Of a DNA stretch of 64,000 bases, positions 35,420-46,137 are shown piece after piece; position 1 is the first letter of the stretch; each line of letters starts with the position of its first letter. The notes beneath the pieces are model-generated. The model had not been told where the DNA came from, ran no database searches, and saw only the letters and a list, made by a program, of their open reading frames with translations. The DNA is from Alphaproteobacteria bacterium (GTDB lineage: Bacteria; Pseudomonadota; Alphaproteobacteria; JAAXGF01), in assembly GCA_963555825.3 (NCBI GenBank), contig CAUVXB020000002.1, positions 1,952,001 to 2,016,000 of the forward strand. Direction: 5' to 3'. A program made the position numbers and the translations under genes.

Positions 35420-35484
35420 GCCCGGACTTCTCACCATGGACGGGTGCGGCACGGTGGATATCCATGGTGAGAAATCCGGGCTAG
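35420..35484. repeat. Minimal member of the CTAGCCCGG palindromic family at the lnt stop codon
   Basis: 21-bp IR (20/21) with a 20-nt loop matching 9004-9023. Confidence 0.8.
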
Positions 35485-37019
35485 CCACGCGCCCGCGCCG
35501 GCCAGCATACGGAAAGCGCGCCGAGAAGGGCAGCCAGAACCAGCGGAACCGCGTCGCCGAAGCGTCCATACGGCGTCGCGGCGGCGATTGCAGCCGGCAA
35601 ACCGGCGTCGATGACGCCGCGCTCGTCGAGCCCCAGACCGGCGCGCACGCGGCCATGGGCGTCGATCACGGCCGAGATGCCGGTATTGCCGACCCGGACC
35701 ATGGGCAGGCCCTGCTCGACCGCGCGCATGCGCGCGCTGGCGAAGTGCTGGAAGGGCCCCAGACTGTAACCGAACCAGGCGTCGTTGGTGACGTTGAGCA
35801 TCCATTCGGGCCGGTCGTCGGGGTCGACGACCTGGTGCGGGAAGATCACCTCGAAGCAGATCAGCGGACTGACCGGCGGCAGGCCGGGCAAGCGGATCGT
35901 GCGCGGCCCCGGGCCGCGCGAGAAGTCGATGTTGCCGAAGCTGAGGCCGACCGCCGCCAGCACGTCGCGCAACGGCAGGTATTCGCCGAACGGCACCAGA
36001 TGGAACTTGTCGTAGGTTTCGAGGATCGCGCCCTTGGCATCGATCGCGTAGATGCTGTTCCAGGCTTCGGGCGCGCCGTCGGCCGGACGCAGCACGCGTA
36101 CCGCGCCGCTCAGCACCAGGCCGTCGGGCGGTGTCACCGCCGCGATCAGCTGACGCCGCACGGGGTCGCCGACAAGCGGGTAGGTGATCGCCGTCTCGGG
36201 CCAGATCACGTGGCTCACCGACGCGTCGCGATCGTCGCCCGTCATCCGCAGATAGCGGGTGAAATGGCCGTCGCGCAGCTCGGGGCGCCACTTGTCCCGT
36301 TGCGCAATGGCGGGCTGCACCAGACGAAGAACGACGCCCTCGACCGTCGCCGTCCCGGCGTCGGCGAGGCGCAGCGCGCCGCCGGCCCAAAGCGCCGCGA
36401 CGAGGCCGGCGGCGGTGATGGTGCCGGCCCAGCGGCGCACCCCGCCACCGTCGGCGAGCGTCGCCGGCAGCGCCGCGGCGAGCACCGTGACGAGGCCCAG
36501 ACCGGCGCTGCCGGCCAGCGCGGCGAACTGGATCATGTCGTCGGATACCGTCCAGCTGTAGCCGATCAGGTTCCACGGGAAGCCGGTGAACAGGCGGCCA
36601 CGCAGCCATTCGGCGACGACCCAGGCGGCGGCCAGGCCAAGGATGCGCGCGACACCCGGCCGGCATAGCCGCGCCGCCAATGCAGCGAACCCGGGGGCGA
36701 CGCCGAGCACCGCCCCGGCGCCGAGCACCGCGAAGGGAATCAGCGCCGCGAACCGCTCGGGCTCGACCAGCATGGCGTGAGCGAACCAGTAGAGCCCGCT
36801 GGCGAAGTGGCCGACGCCGAACCACCAGCCGGCGGCGAAGGCGGCGCGGCGCGTCGCCGCGGAGTCGATCAGCCAGACCAGACCGACGAAGGCGACGACG
36901 AGCAGCGGCAGGACGTGGAGCGGCGGCAGGGCGAGCGTCGCCAGGGCGCCGAGCAGGGCGGCCGCGGCCCAGCGGCGCCAGCCGACGAGAGCGGCGATGC
37001 GTGCCTTGTAGCGGACCAC
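35481..37019 (-). CDS. lnt: Apolipoprotein N-acyltransferase
   Basis: TGFPWNLIGY, IWPETA, YDKFHLVPFGEY, ICFE, NVTNDAWFG. Confidence 0.95.
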   Translation of the reverse strand: MVRYKARIAALVGWRRWAAAALLGALATLALPPLHVLPLLVVAFVGLVWLIDSAATRRAAFAAGWWFGVGHFASGLYWFAHAMLVEPERFAALIPFAVLGAGAVLGVAPGFAALAARLCRPGVARILGLAAAWVVAEWLRGRLFTGFPWNLIGYSWTVSDDMIQFAALAGSAGLGLVTVLAAALPATLADGGGVRRWAGTITAAGLVAALWAGGALRLADAGTATVEGVVLRLVQPAIAQRDKWRPELRDGHFTRYLRMTGDDRDASVSHVIWPETAITYPLVGDPVRRQLIAAVTPPDGLVLSGAVRVLRPADGAPEAWNSIYAIDAKGAILETYDKFHLVPFGEYLPLRDVLAAVGLSFGNIDFSRGPGPRTIRLPGLPPVSPLICFEVIFPHQVVDPDDRPEWMLNVTNDAWFGYSLGPFQHFASARMRAVEQGLPMVRVGNTGISAVIDAHGRVRAGLGLDERGVIDAGLPAAIAAATPYGRFGDAVPLVLAALLGALSVCWPARARG

Positions 37020-37041
37020 CGTTACGCCGCGGTGTCGGGCG

Positions 37042-37947
37042 TCATTCGGGAGGAGCCGGTGCGTTGTGGATGCGCAAACGCTTGATGCGGCGCAGATCGG
37101 CGTCGACGACCTCGAACTGCAGCCCCGACGGATGTGCGATCAACTCGCCGCGTGTCGGCACGCGGCCGACCAGCGAGAAGACCAGCCCGCCCAGCGTGTC
37201 GACGTCGTCCTCGGAGCCCTCGACGTGCAACTCAGCGCCGACGCGCGCCTCGAGATCTTCGACCGGCAGCCGTGCGTCGACCTCGATCAACCCGCCCGGC
37301 TCTTCGACCAGCATGGGCAGGTCGTCGGTGTCGTGCTCGTCCTGGATCTCGCCGACGATCTCCTCGACCAGGTCCTCGATGGTCACCAGGCCGTCGCTGC
37401 CGCCGTATTCGTCGACGACGACCGCCATGTGGATATGCACGTCGCGCATCTGCAGCAACAGGTCGCGCACCCGCATCGACGGCGGCACGAACAGCAGCGG
37501 CCGGACGATGTCCTCGAGCGTGAACGGCTCGTCCGAACCCCAGTAGCGCAGCAGGTCCCGGACATGCACCATACCGGTAATGTCGTCGAGTGTGCCGCGG
37601 AACACCGGCAGCCGCGAGTGGCCAGCCTCGTGCAGCGCCTTGACGACACCGGCCGGCGGCGTCTTCTGCTCGACCGCGACGATGTCGGCGCGCGGCACCA
37701 TGACGTCGTCGACGCGCAGCTCGCCGAAACTCAGCATGTTGAGCAGCATGGTGCGCTCTTCGGCGTCGATCTCCTCGGTCTCGTCGGCGTGCTTCTCGAT
37801 GAACTCCTCGAAGCTGCCGCGCAGCGCCTCGTCGCCGTTGCGGTGCTGGCCGAAGCCGCCGAGCCAGTTGCGCAGGAAGCGGCGGAAGCCCGACTGGGAA
37901 TCTGCGCCGTTGTCGCGGTTTGCGTTGGCTGGCGCGCGGCCCGTCAT
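37042..37947 (-). CDS. corC: CBS/CorC-HlyC transporter-associated protein (CorC/YbeX)
   Basis: [38 protein letters not shown]. Confidence 0.9.
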   Translation of the reverse strand: MTGRAPANANRDNGADSQSGFRRFLRNWLGGFGQHRNGDEALRGSFEEFIEKHADETEEIDAEERTMLLNMLSFGELRVDDVMVPRADIVAVEQKTPPAGVVKALHEAGHSRLPVFRGTLDDITGMVHVRDLLRYWGSDEPFTLEDIVRPLLFVPPSMRVRDLLLQMRDVHIHMAVVVDEYGGSDGLVTIEDLVEEIVGEIQDEHDTDDLPMLVEEPGGLIEVDARLPVEDLEARVGAELHVEGSEDDVDTLGGLVFSLVGRVPTRGELIAHPSGLQFEVVDADLRRIKRLRIHNAPAPPE

Positions 37948-38552
37948 GTCGGGCGGGCGGATTGCGCGCGGCCGTGCTCGGGACGCGGGCGCGCTAGGGT
38001 CGGGGCATAGGGGTCGGCAACGCCGAGGCCGGCCAGAACGGCGGTCTCGAGCCATTCCATGACGTTTGCATCGGCGTCGTTCTCGTGGTCATAGCCGACC
38101 AGGTGAAGCACGCCGTGGACGACCAGGTGGCCGACGTGGTCGGCGACCGGCTTGCCCTGGACGCCGGCCTCGTCGAGCACCGTCTCGAGCGCCAGCACGA
38201 TGTCGCCGAGCGCGAGCGGTGCACCGTCCTCGGGCAGCGCCGGCGGGTCGCCGGGCGTCGCATCGCTGGCGGCGAAGGACAGCACGTTGGTCGGCGCGTC
38301 GCGGCCGCGGTAGCGATGGTTGAGGCGCCGCAGCTCGGCGTCGTCGGCGAGCCGCACGCCGAGCTCGACGCGCGGCGCCAGCGGGCCGAACCCGGCGGCG
38401 TCGAGCGCGGCCTTGGCGGCGCCGCGGCACAGCGCCGCCGGTTCGTCGAGCGCGTCGCGCCAGGCGGCGTGGTCGATCACGACGTCGATGTCGGGCGCCC
38501 CGGCTGTCGCCGCGCCTTGGTTTTCGCGTATCGGGACGTCTTCGTCGCTCAC
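37944..38552 (-). CDS. ybeY: rRNA maturation endoribonuclease YbeY
   Basis: [29 protein letters not shown]. Confidence 0.95.
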   Translation of the reverse strand: MSDEDVPIRENQGAATAGAPDIDVVIDHAAWRDALDEPAALCRGAAKAALDAAGFGPLAPRVELGVRLADDAELRRLNHRYRGRDAPTNVLSFAASDATPGDPPALPEDGAPLALGDIVLALETVLDEAGVQGKPVADHVGHLVVHGVLHLVGYDHENDADANVMEWLETAVLAGLGVADPYAPTLARPRPEHGRAQSARPT

Positions 38553-39565
38553 CGTTTCGGCTCCTCGGTGACCGGCGGCGGGCTGGACGAGCGTCGGTCG
38601 TAGGCGCGCACGACCTCGGTCACCAAGTGGTGGCGTACCACGTCGGCGTCCGTGAAAGTGACCGCCGCGATGCCTGCGACGCCTTCGAGTGTGTCGAGCG
38701 CATCGCGCAACCCGGTGCGCGCGCCCTGGGGCAGGTCGATCTGTGACAGGTCGCCGGTCACCACCATGCGCGAGTTCTCGCCCAGGCGGGTCAGGAACAT
38801 TTTCATCTGCACCGGCGAGGTGTTCTGGCCCTCGTCGAGGATGGCGAAGGCGTTGGTCAGCGTGCGGCCGCGCATGAAGGCGAGCGGCGCGATCTCGATG
38901 TCGCCGTTTTCCAGGCGCCGGCGCACGACGTCGCCGGGCATCATGTCGTGCAGCGCGTCATAGAGCGGCCGCAAATACGGGTCGACCTTGTCGCGCAGGT
39001 CGCCGGGCAGGAAACCGAGCCGCTCACCCGCCTCGACCGCCGGGCGCGACAGGATGATGCGGTCGACCCGGCCCGAGACCAGCATCGACACCGCCATCGC
39101 GACCGCGAGATAGGTCTTGCCGGTCCCCGCCGGGCCGAGCGCGAAGACCAACTCGTAATCGCGCAGTGCCTGCAAATACGCCGCTTGCATCGTCGAACGC
39201 GGCGCGATGCGACGCTTTTGGGTGTTGATGATCAGGTCGGAGCCGGCTATGTCGCCGCCGGTTGCGACCGACTCGGCGCCGAGCAACGCGGCGTCGACGT
39301 CGGCCGAGCCGATATCGTCGCCGCCCTTGAGCCGATCGTAGAGACCGCCGAGCACCAGCTTGGCGGTTTCGGTCGGCTGCGGCGCGCCGGTGATCGCCAC
39401 CTGATTACCGCGCGAAACCAGCGCCACGCCGAGGCGCTGCTCGATGCGCGCCAGATTCTGGTCATGCGCGCCGAACAGCGACGACAGAAGCGCGTTGTCG
39501 TCGAAGGTGACGTAGAGCGGCGTCGCCTCACGCACCGCGCCCGTCGACCGGGTCGACGCGCTCAC
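38549..39565 (-). CDS. PhoH family ATPase
   Basis: [34 protein letters not shown]. Confidence 0.95.
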   Translation of the reverse strand: MSASTRSTGAVREATPLYVTFDDNALLSSLFGAHDQNLARIEQRLGVALVSRGNQVAITGAPQPTETAKLVLGGLYDRLKGGDDIGSADVDAALLGAESVATGGDIAGSDLIINTQKRRIAPRSTMQAAYLQALRDYELVFALGPAGTGKTYLAVAMAVSMLVSGRVDRIILSRPAVEAGERLGFLPGDLRDKVDPYLRPLYDALHDMMPGDVVRRRLENGDIEIAPLAFMRGRTLTNAFAILDEGQNTSPVQMKMFLTRLGENSRMVVTGDLSQIDLPQGARTGLRDALDTLEGVAGIAAVTFTDADVVRHHLVTEVVRAYDRRSSSPPPVTEEPKR

Positions 39566-40938
39566 GCGCCGACCCTCATCGTCTCGAGCGCGGCCGGATG
39601 CGGCGCGGAACCGGTCACCGTACCCGCCAGGCTGTTGGCGTGGCAGGCGGTAATCGCGACCTCGACGATATCGCCGATGGTGGCGCCGGCAGCATCGGCA
39701 TGGACCGCCTGCATGTAGGGGCTGCGGCCGACCAGCTGGCCGTCCCGGCGGCCGGCGCGTTCGAACAGGACGGCCAGGCGGCGGCCCATCCAGGCCCGGT
39801 TGAACGCGTCCTGCTGCGATTTTAGCAGCGCCTGCAGCGCCGCCAGGCGCGCCGACTTGGTGGCGTCGTCGATCTGACGCGGCAGCGTCGCCGCCGGCGT
39901 GCCCGGCCTCGGGCTGTACTTGAACGAATAGGCCTGGGCGAAGCCGATCTCGTCGACCAGCGCGAGCGTCGCGGCGAAGTCGTCGTCGGTTTCGCCGGGG
40001 AAGCCGACGATGAAATCGCCCGACAGCGCGAGTTCCGGCCGGGCGTCGCGCAGCCGGCCGACGACGCGGCGGTAGTCGTCGGTACCGTGACGGCGGTTCA
40101 TCGCCGAGAGCACGCGATCGGAGCCCGATTGAACCGGCAAATGGACGAACGGCATCACCTGGGGCACCGCGCCATGGACAGCGATCAGTTCGTCGTCCAT
40201 GTCGCAGGGATGCGAGGTGGTGTAGCGCAGCCGGGCCAGGCCGTCGATCTCGGCGAGCCGGCGCAGCAGGTGGCCGAGGCCCCAGTCGCCGCCCGGCCCG
40301 GCGCTGTGATAGGCGTTGACGTTCTGGCCCAAGAGCGTGATCTCGCGCGCGCCGGCGGCGACCAGGCGCTCGGCCTCGGCGATGACCTGGGCGACCGGCC
40401 GCGAGAACTCGGCACCCCGGGTGTAGGGCACGACGCAGAAGGTGCAGAACTTGTCGCAGCCCTCCTGCACCGACAGGAAGGCCGAGACGCCTTGCGGCGC
40501 ACGTTCCTCGGGCAGCGCGTCGAACTTCGATTCGGCTGGGAAATCGGTGTCGAGCACGGCACCCGCGCCGCGTGTCGCTTGGGCGACCATCTCGGGCAGG
40601 CGGTGATAGGTCTGTGGCCCGAACACCATGTCGACAAAGGGCGTGCGGCGCAGGATTTCCTCGCCCTCGGCCTGGGCGACGCAGCCGGCGACGGCGAGCA
40701 GCATGGGCGTTCCGTCGGCCGCGCGGCGTTGCTTGACGCGACGCAGCCGGCCGAGCTCGGAATAGACCTTCTCGGCCGCCTTCTCACGGATGTGGCAGGT
40801 GTTCAGAATCACCATGTCGGCGCCCTCGGGGGCGTCGGTCGGCGCATAGCCCAACGGCGCCAGGACCTCCGCCATACGCTCGGAGTCGTAGACGTTCATC
40901 TGGCAGCCGTAGGATTTTATGAAGAGTTTCTTCGCCAA
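39562..40938 (-). CDS. miaB: tRNA-2-methylthio-N6-isopentenyladenosine synthase
   Basis: [26 protein letters not shown] radical-SAM motif, [10 protein letters not shown]. Confidence 0.96.
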   Translation of the reverse strand: MAKKLFIKSYGCQMNVYDSERMAEVLAPLGYAPTDAPEGADMVILNTCHIREKAAEKVYSELGRLRRVKQRRAADGTPMLLAVAGCVAQAEGEEILRRTPFVDMVFGPQTYHRLPEMVAQATRGAGAVLDTDFPAESKFDALPEERAPQGVSAFLSVQEGCDKFCTFCVVPYTRGAEFSRPVAQVIAEAERLVAAGAREITLLGQNVNAYHSAGPGGDWGLGHLLRRLAEIDGLARLRYTTSHPCDMDDELIAVHGAVPQVMPFVHLPVQSGSDRVLSAMNRRHGTDDYRRVVGRLRDARPELALSGDFIVGFPGETDDDFAATLALVDEIGFAQAYSFKYSPRPGTPAATLPRQIDDATKSARLAALQALLKSQQDAFNRAWMGRRLAVLFERAGRRDGQLVGRSPYMQAVHADAAGATIGDIVEVAITACHANSLAGTVTGSAPHPAALETMRVGA

Positions 40939-41145
40939 TGTCGCGCTAGGGGCACCAGCGATGCAGCGGTCCGGTATTCACCCAGGGACCCTCGATGTTG
41001 CGATACGGTGTCGACTGTAGCACCCAACTTTGCAGAGTCAAGCCGCGCCACCGGGCTACCCGTCGCCGGCGCCATCCGGCGGCGTGCCGTGAACCGCCGC
41101 TTGCGGCAGACGTCTGATCCGTGGAATTAACCGGCGATTCGCCGC

Positions 41146-41574
41146 TCACTCGTCCGACCCATCGTCGTCGTCGAAGCGGACGCCGTAGAGGACCAGGTCG
41201 TGGTCGACCAGCCGATAGCCGTAACGCTCTGCGATGGCGCGCTGGAGTTCCTCGATCGCTTCGTTGCGGAACTCGACGACGTCGCCCGATTTGACGTCGA
41301 CCAGATGATCGTGATGCTCGTCGGGGACCATCTCGTAGCGCGCCCGTCCGTCGCCGAAGTCGTGGCGCTCGAGGATTCGCGCCTCCTGGAACAGGCGCAC
41401 CGTGCGGTAGACCGTTGCCAGGCTGATGTGCGGGTCGATGTGCGAGGCCCGCTGGTAGACCTCCTCGACATCGGGGTGATCGTCCGATTCCGACAGCACG
41501 CGCGCGACCAAGCGCCGCTGCTCGGTCATCTTGATTCCCCTGTCGACGCACGCCTGCTCGATGCTCGTCGTCAT
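41146..41574 (-). CDS. fur: Fur/Mur family transcriptional regulator
   Basis: KMTEQRR, DHPDVEE, SLATVYRT, HHDHLVD. Confidence 0.9.
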   Translation of the reverse strand: MTTSIEQACVDRGIKMTEQRRLVARVLSESDDHPDVEEVYQRASHIDPHISLATVYRTVRLFQEARILERHDFGDGRARYEMVPDEHHDHLVDVKSGDVVEFRNEAIEELQRAIAERYGYRLVDHDLVLYGVRFDDDDGSDE

Positions 41575-41664
41575 GGGCGACAACTATTCCCGCGAGTTGA
41601 ACGCCGGCGGCCGGCCGCGTGGTGTCAACGGCCGCCGACGCGTATAGTTACGACTTCCGGCCGA

Positions 41665-42090
41665 TTACGATTTTTTCTTCCGGCGACGCTTGCGCGGCTT
41701 CGTGCCGAGCCCGATCTTCTTCGCCAAGGCGCTGCGCTGGGCCGCGTAGTTGGGCGAGACCATCGGATAATCGGCCGGCAGTCCCCAGCGCTCGCGGTAC
41801 TCATCAGGCGTCATGCCGAAGCTCGTCATCAGGTGGCGTTTCAGCATCTTAAGCTTCTTGCCGTCCTCGAGACAGACGATATAGTCCGGCTGTACCGATC
41901 GCTTGATCGACACGGCGGGCTTCGGCCGTTCGCGCACGGCGGCGTCGCCAGGCACCGTCGCCAGCGTCTGGTGGATCTGCTGGATGAGGCCCGGCAGATC
42001 GCTCACGGCGACCGCGTTGTTGGCGACATGAGAGGCGACGATTTTGGTCGTCATGGCAAGAATCTGGTTGGAACTGATGGTTTCCGCCAT
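41665..42090 (-). CDS. mucR: MucR/Ros family regulator
   Basis: PAVSIKRSV, CLEDGKKLKMLKRHL, YPMVSPNYA..RSALAKKIGLG. Confidence 0.93.
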   Translation of the reverse strand: MAETISSNQILAMTTKIVASHVANNAVAVSDLPGLIQQIHQTLATVPGDAAVRERPKPAVSIKRSVQPDYIVCLEDGKKLKMLKRHLMTSFGMTPDEYRERWGLPADYPMVSPNYAAQRSALAKKIGLGTKPRKRRRKKKS

Positions 42091-42181
42091 AAATAATTGT
42101 CCTTCCCTATAGTCGACGGGCCACCTAAACGATGAACCCGGCGGCGCCACCAAGAACAGTTGGTGCATTGTTGAGGTAACG

Positions 42182-42436
42182 ATGGGCAATCCCGCGACCG
42201 AAGCCATGAACTTCTTTCTCGATATCACGGCTGACGTCTGCCCGATGACGTTCGTGAAAACTAAATTGTTGATCGAGCGTATGTCAAGCGGACAGACTGC
42301 CGAAGTCCGCCTTAATGCCGGCGAGCCGCTCGACAATGTGCCGCGCGCCGTCGTCGAGCACGGCCACATGGTGCTCGATCTCGCGCCCGAAACCGACGGC
42401 GCTTCGGTTTACCTGCTGCGCCTGCGCAAGGCCTAG
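42182..42436 (+). CDS. TusA/SirA family sulfur-carrier protein
   Basis: LDITADVCPMTFVKTKL, EPLDNVPR. Confidence 0.88.
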   Translation: MGNPATEAMNFFLDITADVCPMTFVKTKLLIERMSSGQTAEVRLNAGEPLDNVPRAVVEHGHMVLDLAPETDGASVYLLRLRKA

Positions 42437-42550
42437 GGTCTGGACTCAATTAAGTGCAACTCGTTGAAATGGCTCATTTTTGATGAGACAGCGCCCAAAA
42501 CAACACCCAATAATTTCAATCTGTAAACCCTAATTGAGGACAGACCCTAG
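42433..42550. mobile_element. 118-bp AT-rich MITE with CTAG ends (IS5-like termini)
   Basis: CTAGGGTCTGGACTCAATTA ... TAATTGAGGACAGACCCTAG (18/20 IR). Confidence 0.75.
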
Positions 42551-43224
42551 AGCGGTTCTCGCGCGCCGGACGAGCGCAGATAAAGCGGTGCCGGCGGCGC
42601 GCTTGGCATTACCGCATCCGGACCGGCAAAGCGGCGCGCCGCCAGCGCGGCGATCACCGCGGCGTCGGGCAGGCGCGGCGCATCGAGTTCCGAGACATCG
42701 CCGGTGCGCCCCGCCAGTTCGGCCGCGATCAGCGGCGCGCCGTCGCCGACCAGGGCCAGCGGTCCCGCCGCCAGGCCGGCCGCCACCGCGCCCGGCGTTG
42801 CGGCCTGGGGCTCACCAAGCGGTGCAAGAACGCTGTCGAAGACCTGCGCATAGACCTCACCGCGCCGGGCGTCGAGCGCGGCGACCAGGATGCGCCCATC
42901 GAGCGCCGCGCGGTCGACGCCGTGGGCGAGCGCCTCGAGGGTGGTGACGCCGACGATGGGCCGGCCGGCGGCGAGCGCGACGCCGCGCGCCGCGGCGAGG
43001 CCGACGCGCAGCCCGGTGAAGGTGCCGGGGCCGACGGTCGTCGCGATCAGGTCGAGGTCGCGGTACGCCGCGCCGGCCTCGGCCATGACCGCCTCGACCA
43101 TCGGCATCAGCGCTTCGGCGTGGCCGCGGACCATCGCGACGAAGCGCTGCGCACGGAGCGCGTTGCCGCCCCACAGCGCCGCCGAGCAAGCGGCGGTGGC
43201 GGTATCGAGGGCGAGCACATTCAT
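42547..43224 (-). CDS. tsaB: tRNA threonylcarbamoyladenosine biosynthesis protein TsaB
   Basis: LALDTAT, GHAEAL, GPGTFTGLRVG, DARRGEVY. Confidence 0.94.
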   Translation of the reverse strand: MNVLALDTATAACSAALWGGNALRAQRFVAMVRGHAEALMPMVEAVMAEAGAAYRDLDLIATTVGPGTFTGLRVGLAAARGVALAAGRPIVGVTTLEALAHGVDRAALDGRILVAALDARRGEVYAQVFDSVLAPLGEPQAATPGAVAAGLAAGPLALVGDGAPLIAAELAGRTGDVSELDAPRLPDAAVIAALAARRFAGPDAVMPSAPPAPLYLRSSGAREPL

Positions 43225-43344
43225 GGCGCGCCCTGGTGTCGCGAAGGGTAGCCGTCTGCGGCCCGGATGATACAGTCACGCAACATCGTTCGAACATATA
43301 CCAAGGATCACCGATCCTTGGTATCAGCACGCCAGGAGATCGCC

Positions 43345-43896
43345 TTGGTTCTGGTCGAGATCGCACCGCCCGACTACGACGTCGAGGTCCACATCGTCTA
43401 TGCCACCGAGCACAACTTCACCGGCCGGCCGATCTACCGGCGGCCGGGTTGCTATCTCAACCCGGAAGCCGCCGAAGCGTTGGCCCGCGCGATCGACCTG
43501 GCGGCGGCGATCGGCCTGCGCTTCAAGATTTACGACGCGTTTCGGCCGGTCGAGGCGCACCGCTTGCTGTGGCGACACACCCCGGATCCGCAGTTCGTCG
43601 CCGAGCCGACGCGCGGCTCACCGCACTCGCGCGGCGCCGCGGTCGACATCACGCTGATCGACGGCGGCGGGAACGAGCTCGCAATGGGCACCGCGGTCGA
43701 CACCAACGAGGCGCAAGCGCATCACGGCCGCACCGACGTGAGCGAGGCGGCGCAGCGCAACCGCCTCACGCTCTTGGGCCTGATGACCGCCGCCGGCTGG
43801 GACAACTACCGCTACGAATGGTGGCACTATCAGTTGTTCGACGCGCGCCGCTACCCGCTGCTGTCCGATCGCGCGGCCGGCACGGCCATGATGTGA
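43345..43896 (+). CDS. ddpX: D-alanyl-D-alanine dipeptidase (VanX/DdpX, M15D)
   Basis: YATEHNFTG, YDAFRP, SPHSRGAAVD, EWWHY; TTG start after AGGAG. Confidence 0.9.
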   Translation: MVLVEIAPPDYDVEVHIVYATEHNFTGRPIYRRPGCYLNPEAAEALARAIDLAAAIGLRFKIYDAFRPVEAHRLLWRHTPDPQFVAEPTRGSPHSRGAAVDITLIDGGGNELAMGTAVDTNEAQAHHGRTDVSEAAQRNRLTLLGLMTAAGWDNYRYEWWHYQLFDARRYPLLSDRAAGTAMM

Positions 43897-44957
43897 GCGC
43901 CGTGGCCCGCCCCACGAGCACGCGCCGGCGCGTTGCCGCGATGGCCCCTGTGGCTCTTGTGGCCCTTGCCGTGTTGGCTGCGGTGGTCCCGGTTCGTCTC
44001 GCCTGGGCGGCCGAGGGGGCGGTAATCGTCATGTACCACCGCTTCGGCGAGGATGCCTATCCCTCGACCAGCACCCGGCTCGACCAACTCGACGCGCATA
44101 TCGCCGAACTCGCGCGCGGCGGCTACACGGTACGTCCCGTCGCCGACATCGTCGCCGCGCTCAAGACCGGGGCGCCGCTGCCCGATCGCACGGTGGGCAT
44201 CACCATCGACGACGCCTACGCTTCGGTCTACGACCACGCGTGGCCGCGCCTGAGGGCGGCGGGCCTGCCCTTTACGGTGTTCGTCTCGAGCGACGCGATC
44301 GACCAAGGCGCCGGCGGCATGATGAATTGGGACCAGATCCGCGAACTCGCCAGGGCCGGGGTGACGATCGGCCACCACGCCGCCGCGCATGCGCATATGG
44401 CGGGCGCGGACCCGACCGCCAACGCCGCCGATATCGCGCGCGCGACGCGCCGCCTTCGCGCCGAGCTGGGCCAGGCGCCGACGCTCTTCGCCTACCCCTA
44501 CGGCGAGTACAGCCTGGCGTTGCGCGACGCGATCGCCGTCGCCGGCTTCAGCGCCGCCTTCGGTCAGCACTCGGGCGTCGCCCATGCGCAGAGCGATATG
44601 TTCGCGCTGCCGCGCTTCGCGCTGAACGAGCGGTATGGCGGTCTCGACCGTTTCACCTTGGTCGCCCAAGCGTTGCCGCTGCCGGTCGCCGACGTCACGC
44701 CGTCCGAGCCGGTGCTCGCCGACAACCCGCCGGCGTTCGGCTTCACCGTGACGGCGGACGTCGGCGATCTCGGGCGGCTCAATTGTTACGCGTCGGGCGC
44801 CGGCGCGACGATCGTCGAGCGCCTCGGCGCGCGCCGCATCGAGGTGCGCATCGACGAGGCGTTCGCGCCCGGCAGAGCGCGCATCAACTGCACCCTGCCG
44901 GGGCCCGACGGACGGTGGCGCTGGTTCGGAACGCAGTTTCTGGTGCCCGCGCCGTAG
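43893..44957 (+). CDS. Exported polysaccharide deacetylase (CE4)
   Basis: MYHRF, ITIDDAY, HAAAH, FAYPYGEY, LPRF. Confidence 0.88.
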   Translation: MSAVARPTSTRRRVAAMAPVALVALAVLAAVVPVRLAWAAEGAVIVMYHRFGEDAYPSTSTRLDQLDAHIAELARGGYTVRPVADIVAALKTGAPLPDRTVGITIDDAYASVYDHAWPRLRAAGLPFTVFVSSDAIDQGAGGMMNWDQIRELARAGVTIGHHAAAHAHMAGADPTANAADIARATRRLRAELGQAPTLFAYPYGEYSLALRDAIAVAGFSAAFGQHSGVAHAQSDMFALPRFALNERYGGLDRFTLVAQALPLPVADVTPSEPVLADNPPAFGFTVTADVGDLGRLNCYASGAGATIVERLGARRIEVRIDEAFAPGRARINCTLPGPDGRWRWFGTQFLVPAP

Positions 44958-45010
44958 GCCCAACCGACATTCGGAAATCACCAGCCGGCCGATGCGTCGA
45001 AATCGCATCC

Positions 45011-45085
45011 AAATGGGGTCAGACACCATTATTGAAATTGTTTACCAAATAATATCAATGACATAAATGGTGTCTGACCCCATTT
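45011..45085. repeat. Perfect 20-bp inverted repeat with 35-nt AT-rich spacer (REP-like doublet)
   Basis: AAATGGGGTCAGACACCATT / AATGGTGTCTGACCCCATTT between convergent genes. Confidence 0.8.
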
Positions 45086-45126
45086 AAAACGTTGCTGACA
45101 TGCGCGGCGATTGACCGCACAATCCT

Positions 45127-46137
45127 CTAAACTTCGGAACCCAGGCGCAACAGGGCTTCGCCGTTACCCAGCAAGACGCCGTCGAACTGGTGCAGGTCGT
45201 TACCCGCGATGATCGAGCGGATGGTCGCGATGTAGGCCTCGCCGCGCTCGGAATAACGGTTCAGCGTGCCGGACAGCGCATAGCCGTCGAGCCCGCCCAT
45301 GGTGCGCCGCTGGCGCTCGCGCACCAGGCGGAATTCGTCGTAGGCGAAGTGGCTGTTGAGATTGACCATATAGCCGACCACCGAATCGAGCGGCTTGTCG
45401 TAGGTCTTGATTTCGTGGGTCTTGCCCTCGTCGCGGCGCAACGGCACCAGGCCCTTGCCCTCGGTGAAGGTGCGTTGGCCGAACACGGCGTTGCCCTCGC
45501 GCACGAAACGCGAGGTGCCCCAGCCCGATTCCTCGGCCGCCTGGGCAATCGCCAGCGACGGCGGGATCTCGTCGACACGCCGCAGCAATTCCTTGAAGTC
45601 GACACCCTCGACGCCATAGCGCTCGCCGAGCGCCAGCAGCCAGGCGCGTTCGTCGGCCGCGAGCCGGCCGCCGCGCGCCTCGAAGCGGACGCGCAGGACG
45701 GTGACGCGCGCGCGCGCATCGCGGATCTGCTCGTTGGCGTAGAGCACCATCGGCAGCATCAACCGGATGAACACGCTCTTGCGCGTGTCGGCCGACGCGA
45801 CGCGGTACAGATCGGCCGGGATGCGATCGACCAGAATGCGCGGCACGCGGCGGTCGCCGACGCGCACGCCGTCGAGGCGATAGTCGACACGGCCGAACAG
45901 ATCGACCAACGTGCCGACCGTCGCCGCGGGCTCGGTCAGCCAGCGCGCGCGCTCGTCGACCGGTCCGAGCGCCTCGGGCGCCGGAATCGGGATGATCGCG
46001 GCGCTCGTCGCGACATGGGGCACAGTGCGCAGCGCGAACCGCTCGCTCAGCACGATGCCGTACAGCGCCACGACGCTCGTGACGACGAGCGCGAGCGACG
46101 CATATTCGAAGCGAAATTCGTCGGTTTGGCCGTGCAT
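45127..46137 (-). CDS. Bax-like glucosaminidase-domain (GH73) membrane-anchored protein
   Basis: RKSVFI, IPPSLAIAQAAEESGWGTSRF..EGNAVFG, NLNSH.AY, YSERG..Y. Confidence 0.88.
   Translation of the reverse strand: MHGQTDEFRFEYASLALVVTSVVALYGIVLSERFALRTVPHVATSAAIIPIPAPEALGPVDERARWLTEPAATVGTLVDLFGRVDYRLDGVRVGDRRVPRILVDRIPADLYRVASADTRKSVFIRLMLPMVLYANEQIRDARARVTVLRVRFEARGGRLAADERAWLLALGERYGVEGVDFKELLRRVDEIPPSLAIAQAAEESGWGTSRFVREGNAVFGQRTFTEGKGLVPLRRDEGKTHEIKTYDKPLDSVVGYMVNLNSHFAYDEFRLVRERQRRTMGGLDGYALSGTLNRYSERGEAYIATIRSIIAGNDLHQFDGVLLGNGEALLRLGSEV

Noticed and set aside
37019-37045. 7-codon ORF (MTPDTAA) coupled to the corC stop just before lnt
   Set aside because: Could be chance or a 1-nt indel in a longer lnt N-terminus; lnt has a usable GTG and nothing else supports a leader peptide
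41665-42090. MucR lacking the full Cys2His2 zinc set (C, D, H only)
   Set aside because: Ligand-variant and zinc-free Ros/MucR proteins are already known
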